From Camelus dromedarius (Eukaryota): a stretch of DNA of 64,000 nucleotides. The notes under the pieces were generated by a model that had not been told where the DNA came from, made no database searches, and worked only from the letters and a program-made list of their open reading frames with translations. The stretch lies in NCBI RefSeq assembly GCF_036321535.1, contig NC_087437.1, forward strand, positions 68,450,001 to 68,514,000, read 5' to 3'. Position 1 is the first letter of the stretch. Every line of letters begins with the position of its first letter. Below are positions 13,996-27,516 of this stretch, piece after piece. Made by a program: the position numbers and the translations under genes.

Positions 13996-14274
13996 CTGCT
14001 TTTTCTATACCTTTATACTTAAGAGATTGGTCATGCGCTATGATAGCATGGGTACTGGAATAGCCTCCTGCAGCTGTAGTATTTTTCTCATCTTTATTAA
14101 AAGCCTTAGTGTCCACCTTAGGAAGACTTTTATCTAATTTAGATTGTTTACCCCATATACATGAATACAATCTCAGTTTGGAAGGAATTTTGCCTCCATA
14201 AATATGTATCATTCTTATGTTCCATGACAATCAGTTTTGTGTAATGACTTTCACATATGGTTACTTTTGCTAAT

Positions 14275-15030
14275 TAGTTAGCTGGTCATTCAGTGGCTAT
14301 TCAACTACTATTCAATGTGAATATGAGATGGAAAACACTGAGATATTCTGAGAAGAATAAGATAAGAACCCTATTCCAAGGAACTTGAAATTAGTTACCT
14401 AGATTCACAAACAATAACAAACAACAGTAACAAACAATAACACAGGAAAGAATGAAGAATGAATAGAAATGTGCTGCAACCCTGATGTAAGTGATGGGTG
14501 ATGGTGTGCTAAAGATACAGGCAGAAAGCATGCAATTCCAGCTGTTGGATCAGGGAGGCTTCAGAGGTATGAGAGGCGTAGAGGGATGTGTTGGACTATT
14601 TGATATACGGAAAAGGGAATTCCAAAATGAAGGATTGACATGATTGTGGCACAGTGTCCTCAGTCTGTAGAGCACATATTTGGAGAATGGCAAATGACCC
14701 AGTGGACTTGAAGCCTGGCGCTGATGGCAACTTGTGGGGAAGGCAAGCTAGAGACCAGGTCATGGAAGTCTTGATTGAAATTTAGTAGAATGTTTGCGCT
14801 TGTTTCTATGAGGCATAGAGGATATTTGATGATGGTAGCAACTATCTAATCTACATTTTGGGAAATTTTAAAAATTTCTCTATGGAAGAGGATTAGAGAA
14901 ATGAAAAGTGAGAGATTTTGCTCTCCAAGAAAGACAGGGAAAAAGTCTGCAGTTGCCACAGGAATGAAAAGGAAGAGACAGAATGGAATTTGCAGAAATA
15001 AAACTGGATGAATGTGGTCTGATCATTGTG
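14275..15030 (-). mobile_element. L2 LINE fragment, decayed
   Basis: Purine-rich reverse-strand L2 3' signature (ggatcagggaggcttcagagg, gagaccaggtcatggaagtcttg). Confidence 0.55.
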
Positions 15031-17902
15031 CCTTCGGAGGACTGGCCACAGACAGAGTGTACAGTGGGTAAATTTAGTTTTCCACATCTTTCTACTATTT
15101 GTCTCCCATCCCTATACTAGAATGTTCTTTCTTTTGCGGCCCACCCCCTTCAGGAATCATTAGGCAGCCCAGCTGAGCTTTCAAATCCTCAGAGGGAGGT
15201 GCTCTAACACCATCACATCTTTTGATACAGTTAGAATGGATGCCTTTCCCAAGGACAGTGTTCATAATGTTGGGTGGGCATGTTCCAAGAGTTTCCTGGA
15301 TAGGGTGGAGCTTGACTGTTCTCTAGCTTGGGTTTTCTTCTGATTTCCTTACGTCACATGATACATGTACTCCTAGTTCAGCACATTGTCTCCTCAAGTC
15401 AGAGACAAAAGGGGAAAAAAAGGACAACAGTCCAGCACCCCTGACCACATCTGTGTATTCTCCTTGCTTCCGGATAAGTGGAATGATGAAGACCATACTC
15501 AGGAAGCCTCTTATCTAGAGTTTCTGCACTGCACAACTCCAGAGCAGTGCAGTAAAAGACAGTGTAAGAGCTTCCCCCACTGTCTTCTGCTTCTTCCTGT
15601 CATTGAGTTTTCCAGCAACCCAGGATCACCCTACTCTTCCTGCTTGTCTCCCTCATGTGTTCATCTTAATCTCCCTTTTCCACCTCGTGAACCCTGGTAA
15701 AACATGAAATCAGTCACAGGCCAAACAGAAACAGCGGCTGCTTCTTCTTAGGCATCAGGAATAGTATGATCTGCTTTGCAAGCCCTGCTTCATTTACTTC
15801 CCCAGTCGTGTGTTCGTTTGTTTTGATCAGTGTGTCTGTTGTCCGGTACTGTTTTAAAGAATAGTCTCAGTAAGAGATGAATCAGAATAGCCAGCCCCTA
15901 CCAAACGGAGAAGGTAGCGTAGCATAAAATCTTTTAAGAGAAGAAATAATTAAATTAAAGCAAAACAAAGACTGGCTATTCTTATGAGTGAATATGTATG
16001 TCTAAATTACTTCAGTTACCAAAAACACGTCTTTCCAGAACAGTTGGCTAATAACATAACATGGGTTTCCCCATTAGGATTCAGCTTCACAATTGTGAAT
16101 AACAACCACAAGGGGAAAAAAAAAAGAGCTAAACTAAAAGAGAATCCTATATTGTATTGTTAAACAAATGTAACATTATTTAGGGTTTTTTTCTTCCTTG
16201 TCCCTCTTTTCCATGTTCCAAGGCTAGGAAGATAAATAACAGCAGGTTTAATACTATTGACAGAAGCCTTTCTGCTATGTAAACCTGCTTTCTTTACAAA
16301 TGCATCATGGCCATAGGGGACAGTGAGAGCAAGATTGAAGATTCGTTAATACATCCCCATAAGCAAAAAGCAAATGAATCTCATGTCTGTCTCTCAGAAT
16401 ATGTGGAATGACTCACTCAACCAGCTGTCTAGGTCCCTTCTGGCTGGAAATATCAGAACCAGTATTGAATAATCTCATGTTAAAAGATAAACAATGCAAA
16501 CCCACTTTATGTGTTTGTATTGTAGAGTGTCGCTGTATCTAATTGCAGACTCCTCGCAAAATATTCACTTTATTGACAGTAGTATATGATTAGGCAGAAG
16601 TTCTGGGCAGAAATGTTTTGTTCTGTTCTCAGACTGAATTTTGTGTTTATGAAAGCTACAGAAGATTTTGATAGGGGTGACACTTCACTTGGTTCTTTAT
16701 TTCTGAATGCAACATTGGTGGAAGATGGCACTGTTAGAAACGGACTGTCTTCTTCCCCCAGCTTCTTGCAGTGAGTCTAAACCCAGACACATGTTTGTGC
16801 TTCATCTCCGTTTTGGAGAAGAAAGTCCTACATATGAAAGGACATAAGAACTGCCATCTGGTCCTGGTGATTTTTCTACGTCTTGTTTATCTGTTATGTG
16901 TAGAACATCTTGTACATTAACCACTATTTGATCTAATAATTCTCATCTGGTTCTCTTGCCTGTTTCCTAAGACATTTGGTAAATGAGACTCTCTCTAATA
17001 TATTCCTTAAAACAGGAAAGCAATTAATTCATGTAATGTCTCAGCCTTCTCTTTTCCCTCGTAAAGACCAAGAAAGGAAAGTAGCTTCTACCCATTCTAT
17101 TCAACCTGCAGCCCCTTCTCTCCTGTGTTGATCAGCTGGGTCCCCACTCCTATTCTCTCAGTCCTTCCATTTTTCTTTCTCCTTTTTTGAGTGAGTGAAG
17201 AAGTAACACAGGTTTTTGTGATGAAGGCATTGGGTTTTGTTCAATGTAAACAAAAAAGTGAAATATATTTGACTGATGGGATTGTGAATATTCTTTTTTT
17301 TTTCAAACATTCTACAATTATGTGTTTAAAAAAAATCAATGCTTTTTTTCCTTATTCTTTTTTGATTAAAAGTGACACTCATTTAAAAGTTTATTTATTC
17401 ACTCCGCAAATAACTATTTGTGCCTATTATGTGCTGGACTTTGTTCTAGGCAGTGAGAAGCCAGACATAGAGTTCCATCCCATATGCAGAAAATACAGTC
17501 TAGTGAGTGCTAGGAAAAAACCAAACCATCTCACTCTTAAGCACATAATTGCACCTATGCTAAGTGTTGTGGGGGGTACGTATCAAATGCAGTGGGAAGA
17601 CGGCATGGCATTCCAGTGAGAGGAGCAAGCACCCAATTAAGGAAAACAAAATGATCTTTTTAGAGGAAGCATGCATGTTGAAAACCTGTTTATTGCTATA
17701 AACAAAGTTTTCTGCAACTGTTGATTAATAGCATAAACCTTTCCTGTTAGATTTCAACTTCAAATCAGAAATAACAGCTACAAAGAAAAGAAAAGCTTTT
17801 AAGGTCACCTGTTTTTTGTTTGTTTTGGTCTTTTCGCTAACCATGACAAGGTGTATGAAAGGGCAGCCATGCTAGTCTGGAAGATCAGGGAGCACCTCCC
17901 TG

Positions 17903-17950
17903 GAGAAGTGACTTCTGATCTGAGATGAGAAGTGACTTCTGATCTGAGAT
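17903..17950. repeat. Perfect 24-bp tandem duplication within L2
   Basis: GAGAAGTGACTTCTGATCTGAGAT at 17903-17926 and 17927-17950. Confidence 0.95.
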
Positions 17951-18204
17951 CAGAAGTCGAATGGAAGAGAATGTTGCAGCAGAGAGAAAAACAGTTTGAA
18001 GGCCCTGAGGCAGAAAGAAATGTTTCACTTGTGAAAAATAAAAGAAGGCAAGTTAGTTGAAACAGAGTGGACAAGAGGTGCAAAGCGAATCTGGGAGAGG
18101 AGGCAGGAGCCAGGCCATGCTGGGCATTGCATCCCATAGTCAATACTTTGGTATTTATCTTAAGAATGATGTTGGTGCCCCTGAAGGGTTTTAAGCTTGG
18201 CAGC

Positions 18205-18759
18205 TGTCAGGTAAACAAGGACACTAAACCTGCTAGAACAGCATTTTGGGGGTTAAAGTTTAACACCCAGCTTATCTCATGGAGACAGGCTCAGTGGTGG
18301 GTCCATTTGCATGCTGGAATATACCACAGAGGTCTACGAAGCCCAAATGCCAGACTTTAGGAGGAACCCTACCCTTGATCTGTGCAGTTTTGCAGCTGCA
18401 TGATTAGGGAGGCACTGTGACCAAGAGCATAAAAACAGTAGCAATATTTAGGTGTGGCAGAAACATGGCCCCAGCTCTATTCAGCATTTACGGTTGTGGG
18501 TAGAGCCAGCGCCTCCTGTGATTTCATCAAGGCACTAACGTTTGCAGGTATATGACGTAGCAAGCAAGTGAGAAAATCCCCCACATCAGTGTCCCTGTCT
18601 GGGGAAGCGCTGGCCTCTCCTTTGGCATGAGAGGGGCCTTGAGTTCTAGGCTAGTGAGTGGCCAGGAGTGATTATCTTAAGCTCAGATCCTTCCTCAGTT
18701 GCCATGAATCTTTACAGAAGACCCAGGGACCTCTTGGATAAGTTAACCCTTACCTCTCA
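18205..18759 (-). mobile_element. Probable ERV-type solo LTR, family unassigned
   Basis: About 555-bp GC-richer block with TG...CA termini that splits a colinear L2. Degenerate 5-bp TSD GCAGC (18200-18204) / GCAAT (18760-18764). The minus strand begins TGAGAGGTAAGGGTTAAC. Confidence 0.5.
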
Positions 18760-20952
18760 GCAATGACAGGCTTAACGTGTTTTAAATTACCTACTCTGGG
18801 TGCAATTCAAAAGCAGATTGGAGATGGCAAGAGTGAACAAGGAACACAGGGCCATTGCAATAATGAGGCAGGCATTTGAAGGAGTTTGAAATAGTGGTAA
18901 CGTGGAAGTACATGTAAATGTGATTTAAGAGATTGATTTATAAGTAAAACTGGCCAGATTTTGGATGACCTGGTTATTGGAGCTTAGGAAAAGGGAAATG
19001 GCAAGGTTGACTCCCAGATTTGTAGGTTGAATTGGATGTTTGGTGCGTCCTTTCCCTGAGACAGAGAATATTTGGGGAGACCCAAATTTGGAAATCAGGA
19101 CCATGAATTCAGCTTCGAATGGGTAGAGGAGACATTCTCTTAAATGGGATAAGCCTCTGACAAGAGATCTCTTGCTTTTAGGGCAGGCAATATAGAACAG
19201 AACCACTAACACAGTAAAGAGAAAAACGTAGTCAAGGCAAGATGGAGGCCTAGAAATTAAGGTGATTGTTTCTTATTCACGGCTCCATTGTCACCACTGT
19301 GTGTTCAGAGCATCTTCTCAGATTCTCAGAATTGTCTAAAGTAATTGCCTTCAAGGCTGATGCTTATCTTCTTAGTTTCAGCCTCAAAGTGTGCCAGTGT
19401 GGAAAGCATCCTGTAAATCCATTAGGTTTCTCTCATTCGTGTTATGCAAATGCAGGTTTAAAGTAAGACCAGGTGTCATAAGGTAGTACCTCCCCTGAAG
19501 ATGTCATCATTTTTGTTGGCTACTGATTACTCTCCTCTGCCCACCAGCAGGAGTGCATGAGTTTGAGAGTTGGAGGAGTACTAGAAACTGCTGTTGGCTT
19601 CCTTTATCCCTCATCTCTCATGTCCTGCCACACGCACCATCACTTACCTACTTACCCCAAGTCTGGAAGTCCAGCTGCCTATAGAGGATGAATGATTATG
19701 GCTCATACATTCCAAACCATTCCTTTAGGACATTCTCCTATAGTTATGTATGTTCCCTGGATGAACTGTGGTGTGTGTGTACACGTGGGTCTATACATAA
19801 CTGCAGTGAATATATATTCATGTAATTTGTTTTCTAAGTGGAAGGATTATTCTTCTGTAATGCAATTCTTAAAATGTTAATATATTGTTTCATTCTTTGA
19901 TGATAATCCTATCTAAGCCTCTTCAAGCTTTAAGAGTACTTGAATAGACAGTTAGAGGTATTTATTTTTCTCTGGACACTGTTGAATGACTTGATTGATT
20001 GTGGTGAGATGGGTTTTGAAATGGATATTTCAGTAACTCAGTGGTAGATGTCAAACCACTTGTGTATATGTGTGTCATGCAGGTGTCTCCTGAATTCAAT
20101 AAGAATTAAAGTTTTAGTGAGAAAATATTTAAATTGTGTTATACCATTAAGTATAAGCCTATTCTTTTTTTTTTTCTTTTAATGTGATGGATATAATTAT
20201 TTAAGCAGTGGTTGAATTAGTGATCTCTTAAAAAAGATGATGCGGTTTGTTTATGTTATACTTATGAAAAAAGAGGTCATCAATTCAAAACTTAAATGCA
20301 GCTTTAATTATTACACATTTCTATAGAAAAAAGAGCTAAGCAGACTGTAGCAGAGAAAAGCCCCTAAATATTATACCTCTTCTATTTCTAGTTTCTTTTT
20401 GGGAGGGGGAGCATAAAACAGTCCCAGAATAAGTTGCCAGCCAGACATCTTCTTCTATTCACCTTCACTGATGCACAGAAAGACAGGTGAGATGAGGAAG
20501 AACTTACATGGTGTGTAGCCACTTGGTGGGTTCACGTGAGCACGTCTTAATTAGCGGAAGCTCTCTAAGTGCCATCAATCAAGATGCTGTTGCCTCTACC
20601 AAGTCCAGCAGACAGCGTGTGAAGTTCAAATTAAAACTAGTTGTAATAACCTCAGCTAGTCCATTTTGAAAGAAGATTCAGTGAGAACTCTAAATTAACT
20701 GATGGAACTCCAGTCTTTTGGACTAGTGAGCAGGCTGTAAGAGAGTGCAAGTGTCTTCTGCATGAAAGACTTGTTTTCTGTTCTATGATTGCACCGAGCA
20801 AGAATTAATTTTATTCTTGATATTGGGAGTTGTATACATATGTTTCAATAATTGAGATGACATATAGTTGAAAACATGCTAATGACTGGATGTGTGGAAG
20901 GTAGTCATCTACACATCCTAAATACATGGCGCTGAAGAGGGGCCTGAACGTC

Positions 20953-20971
20953 TGCTGCCCTCTAGGGGCCA
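20953..20971 (-). promoter_or_regulatory. CTCF core motif, reverse orientation
   Basis: Minus strand reads TGGCCCCTAGAGGGCAGCA, close to the CTCF consensus TGGCCASYAGRKGGCRSYA. Confidence 0.7.
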
Positions 20972-22417
20972 ACGTTCAAATCTCAGACTGATGGTCCCCA
21001 GGGATTAGAAAAAGTGTTTGGGGATGTGCTAAGTCAAAAATGATAGCAGAGAGCCAGGACGGCATTATCTACATTTTGAGAAAAAAACAAACTAACAGTT
21101 TTCTAATATCATGGCATTTGAAAGAATATTTTAGTTTGAAATGGTGAATCTACTTGAAATTCACGAACTGCTTTGATATATCAAAGATCTCAATTTCAGG
21201 CAGACCAAATCATATTCTACACAAGCAGCTTCATATCATACATGGTGTGTCTTTGTCATTATAATGTGGATGTCATCCTTATTCTGATTAAACTAACACT
21301 ATCATGGGGACCTTTAATATACATCATGAAGTTGCAAAATCTTTTTCTAGGCTTTAAAAGGGTAACAAATGGGTTTACTAAATTTATGTAGATTCTGTGG
21401 TCAGGGTCAGATTAAGACCTTTGAGGACTGTAAATATTGAAAACATTACTGTAACCCCTTTCCCACCCTAAGTCTGAATGTTAACAGTAGTCAAACTGCC
21501 ATAAGTATATTAGGAAATACAAAAAGCCTCTTTTCCTATGATGTCTGCACTAGCCCTTTCATACTGAGATCTCAGAGATTCTCAAACCATTGTTAATGTT
21601 ACTATTATTAGCAGCATCATTATTTGATGTCCCTGTGCTTTGCTTATAACTCTAAATAGTTATCTGTTTTACTTTTGAGTTAATCCAGAAGATTTGCCTA
21701 TTACACTGTATGTTTTATTTTGCACCTTTTCCTATCAATTAAGAAAGAAACACTCTGCAAGTGTGAGAGAAAGCCAGACACCCAACTACAGCTCAACAAG
21801 TCTCCCCTAATCGGTTTCCTTTATTCCCACCCTTGTTATTGCTTTAAACTTAAAGCTTAATATTATCTTTCAGCATCTTTCTTCCCATAAGTGGCTTTCA
21901 TACTGATTTAGTTTCTAGCTTGTCTTGATTTTTAACTTTTTGTTATATCAGCATTAATATATGTAGTTGTTTTGTAAGCAGTCAAAATGTTAAGTGCAGT
22001 GTCAGTCAATAGGTCACAACAATTTGCATAAATGTAATTATTTGACCGGAGATAAACAACAATTGAAAGATTAAATGCTGTAAGAATTTACCCCAATGTT
22101 CTGCTACTTTTTGAATATGAAGTCATTGTAAGATTTGTTTCTGGGATAGGAGTTTGGGATGATCTAGGATGGTTCTGTTCATTTCAAGGATAAATAGTAG
22201 AATAGGAAAAAAAGATTTTTTCAAAAAACTCTGCTTGCCATTTCTATCTAGAACTTGATTTTTGGTCACTTCTCTAGATCTAGCACGTATGGTGTAAATG
22301 GTAGAGTGGAAATCTGCTCTAAGAGTTGATGAAATTAACAAGGATGGGGGTGGAAGTGGAAGACTGATTTGTTTAGCTGCACGGCTCTGATGCTCTTCTC
22401 GCCACTACGCCCCAGGC

Positions 22418-22537
22418 TTCCTCTCCTCCCCTTCCCTCTTTCCTCTCCCAGCTCCCCTACCTTCCTCCTTTTCTTCCTCTTCCTCCTCCTCCTCATCTTC
22501 CCTTTCCTCCTTCTCCCTCCCTTTCCTCCTCATTCCC
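22418..22537. repeat. CT-rich low-complexity polypyrimidine tract
   Basis: Near-continuous (CCT/CTT)n-type pyrimidine run. Confidence 0.85.
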
Positions 22538-24589
22538 TGACTTTCAGCACTCACCTAGGTTTGCAGCTCCACATTGACAGCTCTGGCCCAAGTATGGATG
22601 TCATTGCTTTTTCTTGATTACACTTGACACAAGACAGTTGGTCGTTTCCAGTAGATTTTACTAAGCCCAAAGGAAACACAGGAGCAAAGAATACTGGGAC
22701 CTAAAAATTGTTCTGCTTATAAAGTACAGGTTTCTGTTCTTTATAGTAGAGCTTACTCATAGAGCCTGTCTTATTTTAAACATTATCCTGGATGCTCCAA
22801 GATGGCCAAACTTAAATCCCAAGGGGATGGCACAGGTCAGCAAGCAACTTGGATGAATTACTTTCTTCTTAGCAACTGATCTTTATTTGGAGAGTTTCCT
22901 ATTGACAAAGATGTTTCTTTTGTACATTTGATACCTTTATGGTTTTGTTCTCCAGATATTAACTACTATTGTTCTGTTTGTTTAAATATAGATGATTACT
23001 TAGAAACCTCACTTCAGTGGATTGTCCAGTCCCCTCCCCAAAGACCTATAAATTCCTGAAAGTTTGTAATTTTACAATCACATCTCACTTCAACCTTCTA
23101 CCTCTATTGAATTAATTCAGTTTGTAGTCCAACATTAGTTTTGTTCCACATGGTGTGAACCCACTTATGGAGCTCAGACCTAGAATTTACTCTGATTTTC
23201 CCCAAAATTAAAAAATATACATACAAATAAAAAAACCTCACATAAAATGTTTGTGCTTTTATTTTGTTGAGACAGTGTCATTTACATCTAAAGCTACAAA
23301 AAAATCTTTAAATTGAATATTAAGCCCCTTTGTTCCTAAACAGTTCTTCTACTATTTATGCAAATATGAGATTTAGTCTCCCAATTTGTATCTCATACTT
23401 TCTATTTTTATCTTTTCTCTTATCTTTCTATTTTATTCTCTGCCCACTCCCTTTCAAGTAGAAACCAAATTAACACCATTATTAATAAAGAAGATGTTTC
23501 ACTTTTCCAGTTCCTGCCTCTAAACACTCTTCTGGACTTCTTTTTGCATACTTTTGTTTTGCTGAAGCTTTGAAATTACCTCCTAGAAGCACCTTCCATT
23601 AAACTATTTCAGGCTCTGTTTTCTATAGTTGTTTTTTTCCCCCCAATAGTAGATCTTTCAAATGAGATGTATTTCCTAAACTTTTAGACTTTTATTCTAT
23701 CTTTATAGATCCAGGTTTTTTTTTTTTTTTTAACATATCTGAATAGAGGGTAATACCCATTTGTTAATGAGAATTATACATACACAATTATGGAGGGCTA
23801 GTTTGGTTTCAGTTTCATTAGTAACATCATAAACTGACCCAGGTTTTGACATTCATGCATAAAGTTTCTTACTAGCCAGTTTCCAGTTGCCATAAAGTGA
23901 AATCTAGCCAGACTGGGCGGGCTATCCTTGTTGGATATCCAAACTGAAAGTAATGACCCAAACCATTTTTCTTTCAGAAGAGAACAGGGAATTTATTTAC
24001 TGTCAACAAAACTATAAACAACTAGTATAGCAAATATATAGTGATGTTCCCAAATACCCCAGGCCATACAGTAATGTCTGTACATCAAGTTGTGCTCCGC
24101 TGTCAGCCCTCAGAAACTGCCCCAGAGGTTCCTCCAGTTTTCTGGGAAGGCTCTGTACTGGGATCTGGCAACTTGTGAACCCTCATCCCAGTAGAGAAAA
24201 TCTGAATTTCCTTTATGTGTCTCAATTTTTATCATTATTTGCATCACAAACCATGTCAAGATTTCTTGATTCCAATGGAGGTAGATATTAAGAGCAAATG
24301 GAATTTCTGATTGGCTGAGTCAATTTTCATTAAAGGAAAATGACAAGAACAAACTTATGAAGCTAGTTTCCAGAAGGAAGAATCTCAGGGTAAGCCTTTG
24401 CCATAGAAATCCCTTTTTTTGAGGTGGAGCAAAGACCTGAAACCAATTTCCCTGGAGACAAAAGGGCTCGTCTATTACCAAATGGCAAGAATAAATTCAA
24501 ATGGGCCAAGCCATATAGAGAGGAAAAAGAAACTTCTTCCAGAATGGACTAATACAGAACACTCACGTTTGAATATACATGTCACCATT

Positions 24590-25620
24590 TCACTTAGATA
24601 TTCCATTGGAAATGTTTTAGTGGTAAACACAGGAGATCATTAGAAATAATCCTTAAATTACTAGCTTCTACAAACCATCCCTACAAGGATACTGTAACCG
24701 TCCTCATTTTGTAAATGAGGAAGCAAATGCTAAGAGCTATTTTTGTTTATCTAAAATGATCCACCAGCAGCACTATTTACAGTAGCCAAGACATGGAAAC
24801 AGCCTAAATGTCCATCAACAGATGACTGGATAAAGAAAATGTGGTATATTTATACAATGGAATACTATTCAGCCATAAAAACTGACAACATAATGCCATT
24901 TGCAGCAACATGGATGTTCTTGGAGAATGTCATTCTAAGCGAAGTAAGCCAGAAAGAGAAAGAAAAATACCATATGAGATCGCTCATGTGTGGAATCTTA
25001 AAAAAAAAAAAAAGAACATAAATACAAAACAGAAACAGACTCATAGACATAGAATACAAGCTTGCGGTTGCCAAGGGGGAGAGGGATGGGAAGGGACAGA
25101 CTGGGAATTCAAAATTTGTAGATACTGACAGGCACATGCAGAATAGATAAACAAGATTATACTGTACAGCACAGGGAAATATATACAAGATCTTGTGGTA
25201 GCTCACAGCGAAAAAAAATGTGACAACGAATATGTATGTTCATGTATAACTGAAAAATTGTGCTCTACACTGGAATTTCAGACAGCGTTGTAAAATAACT
25301 ATAACTCAATAAAAAATGTTAAGAAAAAATAAATAAGAATTGGAATATTAAACTAAAAATTTCATAGGTAAAGCAAATGAAGTAGAATAAAAAGGATGGT
25401 ATATCCACATTAAATATTGCAACTAATATAATTAATGAATGATGATAAAAGACAAGAATCTGGCAAAAATGAAACTGAGAATGCAATAAAAGTAAATGCA
25501 AAAATTCATTAAAATTAGTTTAACTCTAAAAAAATAAAATAAATAAAATAAAATGATCCACCTAATAAGAGGCGGAATAAAGATGTGAACTAAAATCTGA
25601 CTCAATTCTTGGCTCTCTCC
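24590..25620 (-). mobile_element. MIR SINE split by the L1 insertion at 24766-25548
   Basis: cctcattttgtaaatgaggaagcaaatgctaagag lies to the left of the L1 and the MIR-like ggaataaagatgtgaactaaaatctgactc lies to its right. Confidence 0.6.
24766..25548 (+). mobile_element. 5'-truncated young LINE-1 with probable 3' transduction
   Basis: ORF 24839-25021 encodes the L1 ORF2 C-terminus (WYIYTMEYYSAIK...FAATWM..E..ILSEVSQKEK). The 3' UTR ends with AATAAA at 25308-25313 and an A-rich tail. Perfect TSD TAAAATGATCCACC at 24752-24765 and 25549-25562. Confidence 0.93.
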
Positions 25621-27180
25621 TTAAAAATCACATTGTCTAGACAGAGCTAGAGATTAGATCAAGGAAAATGCAGAAATAAACAAGAAGTAGTCTTTTGCAC
25701 TAGCTCATGACAATTTCTAGTTTCCTCACAATCTTAATACATAATTCTCTTCTGTCGTTACTTTTGAAGTTTTCAATATCTGCCCACACTGGTACCCAAC
25801 AAGTAAGAAACTCTACTTACTTCCAAATACATGACAAATTCTAAATCTTTGATGATTGTTTTTCATGGGTTTACTTAAACAAGTCGGTCAGTTCCTACTA
25901 GGTGTGAAACCCTTTAGCATTTTATTTAGAGAGAAAAAACAAATAGAGTGATAAAGGAGATCATGAAAGGCACTCATCTGGGTTTTCAGGTTTGATGGTT
26001 TAGATTTACCTTTCTGCTTGGTAAAATGAACAGTGAGGGAAAGTGGGCATAGAAAAGAAAGAAATAAAGGGGAAAGTGAAAAGGAAGAGAGGTGCTCAGG
26101 GTTGAGACCCTTGGCCAGAACTCAGTGAAAAAAATTATGCCCAGAACTTCAGTTTCTGCTTCATTCTCTCCTTCTCTGTGATCTGCACCTCTCCACTAAT
26201 GGAGAAACCCACATTTCCAGAACTAATACTCCTCGCGTGAATCCTAATTGACCCTGTGAAGGCTCTTCCTCCTGTTTTGTCTCCAGCATGCCATTGCCAT
26301 CTGCCCCCCCAGGAGACTTGAGGCAATCTCCGCTCTCTGCTTTCGCTGCTGGCCATGCAGAGAGAGGACAGTGAAGACGCTGAGGGTGAGAGAGAAGGTA
26401 ATAATGGAAGATAATGAAGGACCCAAGAGAAAATCCTTCACGGAGAAAACCATACCCTGGAAAGAGAGAGAATAGGCAAGAAAGGGAGGCAGACAGGGCC
26501 CGAGGTTTGGCCAGGTGATGCGGACCCAGGGATCTGTGGGAATACAATGGAAACTTCATTTCCATTGCATTTGTTAAGCAGCTCTCTGTGTGCGTTTTTC
26601 ACAATGTGTTTAATGTGTCCTTGGCAAGGGAAGCCGATATCAGTGACAATCTCAGCATTACCAGTTGGACAGGGATAAAGCCTGGATCAAGGATTAATGT
26701 GAGGGCTCGCTGATGGGGGTGAACAGCAAGGCACAGATGCCCACTCCCTGATAAGACTGGGTCACCCTCCAGCCTAAGCAGAGGAAGTTAATGAGGAAGG
26801 ACTTCAGAATCAGACAAATCCAGGTGGAGCAGGGACAACATTCGCAGCAACAGGGGTCTGGTTGACATGAAGCTGTGTGTGAGCGAATAGGGCGTTGAGG
26901 ATGCGCTGCCCGAGGCAGGAAGTCCCGGATCAGGGGACCCCGCTGAGATGACTCGGGACCTGCCCTTGTTTGAGATTCAGCCATTCATCCTCTCCTCTCC
27001 TCCTCATTTACTTCCCTTTTCTCCTTTCTCTGGAGTCATTTATACAGCAACTCTTCTACTTCATATCCCTTCTCTGCTTTCCCTTGGACTGCCAACCCAT
27101 TTATTGTCCAACCGTAACTCCAAGCCAGTCACACCTTTCTGGAGAATAATAGTTTTCCCATCACTATTTGGGTTCATCAG

Positions 27181-27516
27181 TGCTATGGTCTGAATATTTG
27201 TGTCCCCTCCCCAAATTCATTTGTTGAGATCCTAATGCCCTTGGTTATGGTATATGGAGGTGCTTAGGTCATGAGGATGAGCCCTCATGCATGGGATTAG
27301 TGTTCTTATAAAATAGACCCCACAGAACGTCCTAGCCCCTTCCGTCATGTGAGGACACAGCAAAAAGTCTGCAGCCCAGAAAAGGACCCTCATCCGACCA
27401 TACTGGCACCCTGACCTTAGACTTCCAGCCTCCAGAACCATGAGAAATAAATTTTATTATTTAGAAGCCACCCAGTCTGTGGCATTTTGTTACAGCAGCC
27501 TGAACTGACTAAGACA
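27181..27516 (+). mobile_element. MaLR solo LTR (MLT1A-like)
   Basis: TGCTATGGTCTGAAT...GACTTCCAGCCTCCAGAACCATGAGAAATAAA...CTAAGACA. TG...CA termini with perfect 5-bp TSD ATCAG at 27176-27180 and 27517-27521. Confidence 0.92.

Larger units (their letters stand above)
17390..19135 (-). mobile_element. L2 LINE fragments interrupted by an LTR-like insert
   Basis: tatttgtgcctattatgtgctggac..., gatcagggagcacctccctggagaagtgac..., gagccaggccatgctgggcattg..., resuming after 18760 (gcagattggag...ccaaatttgg...catgaattcag). Confidence 0.7.

Noticed and set aside
24839..25021. ORF with genuine protein similarity
   Set aside because: It is the C-terminal end of LINE-1 ORF2 in a 5'-truncated copy, not a host gene.
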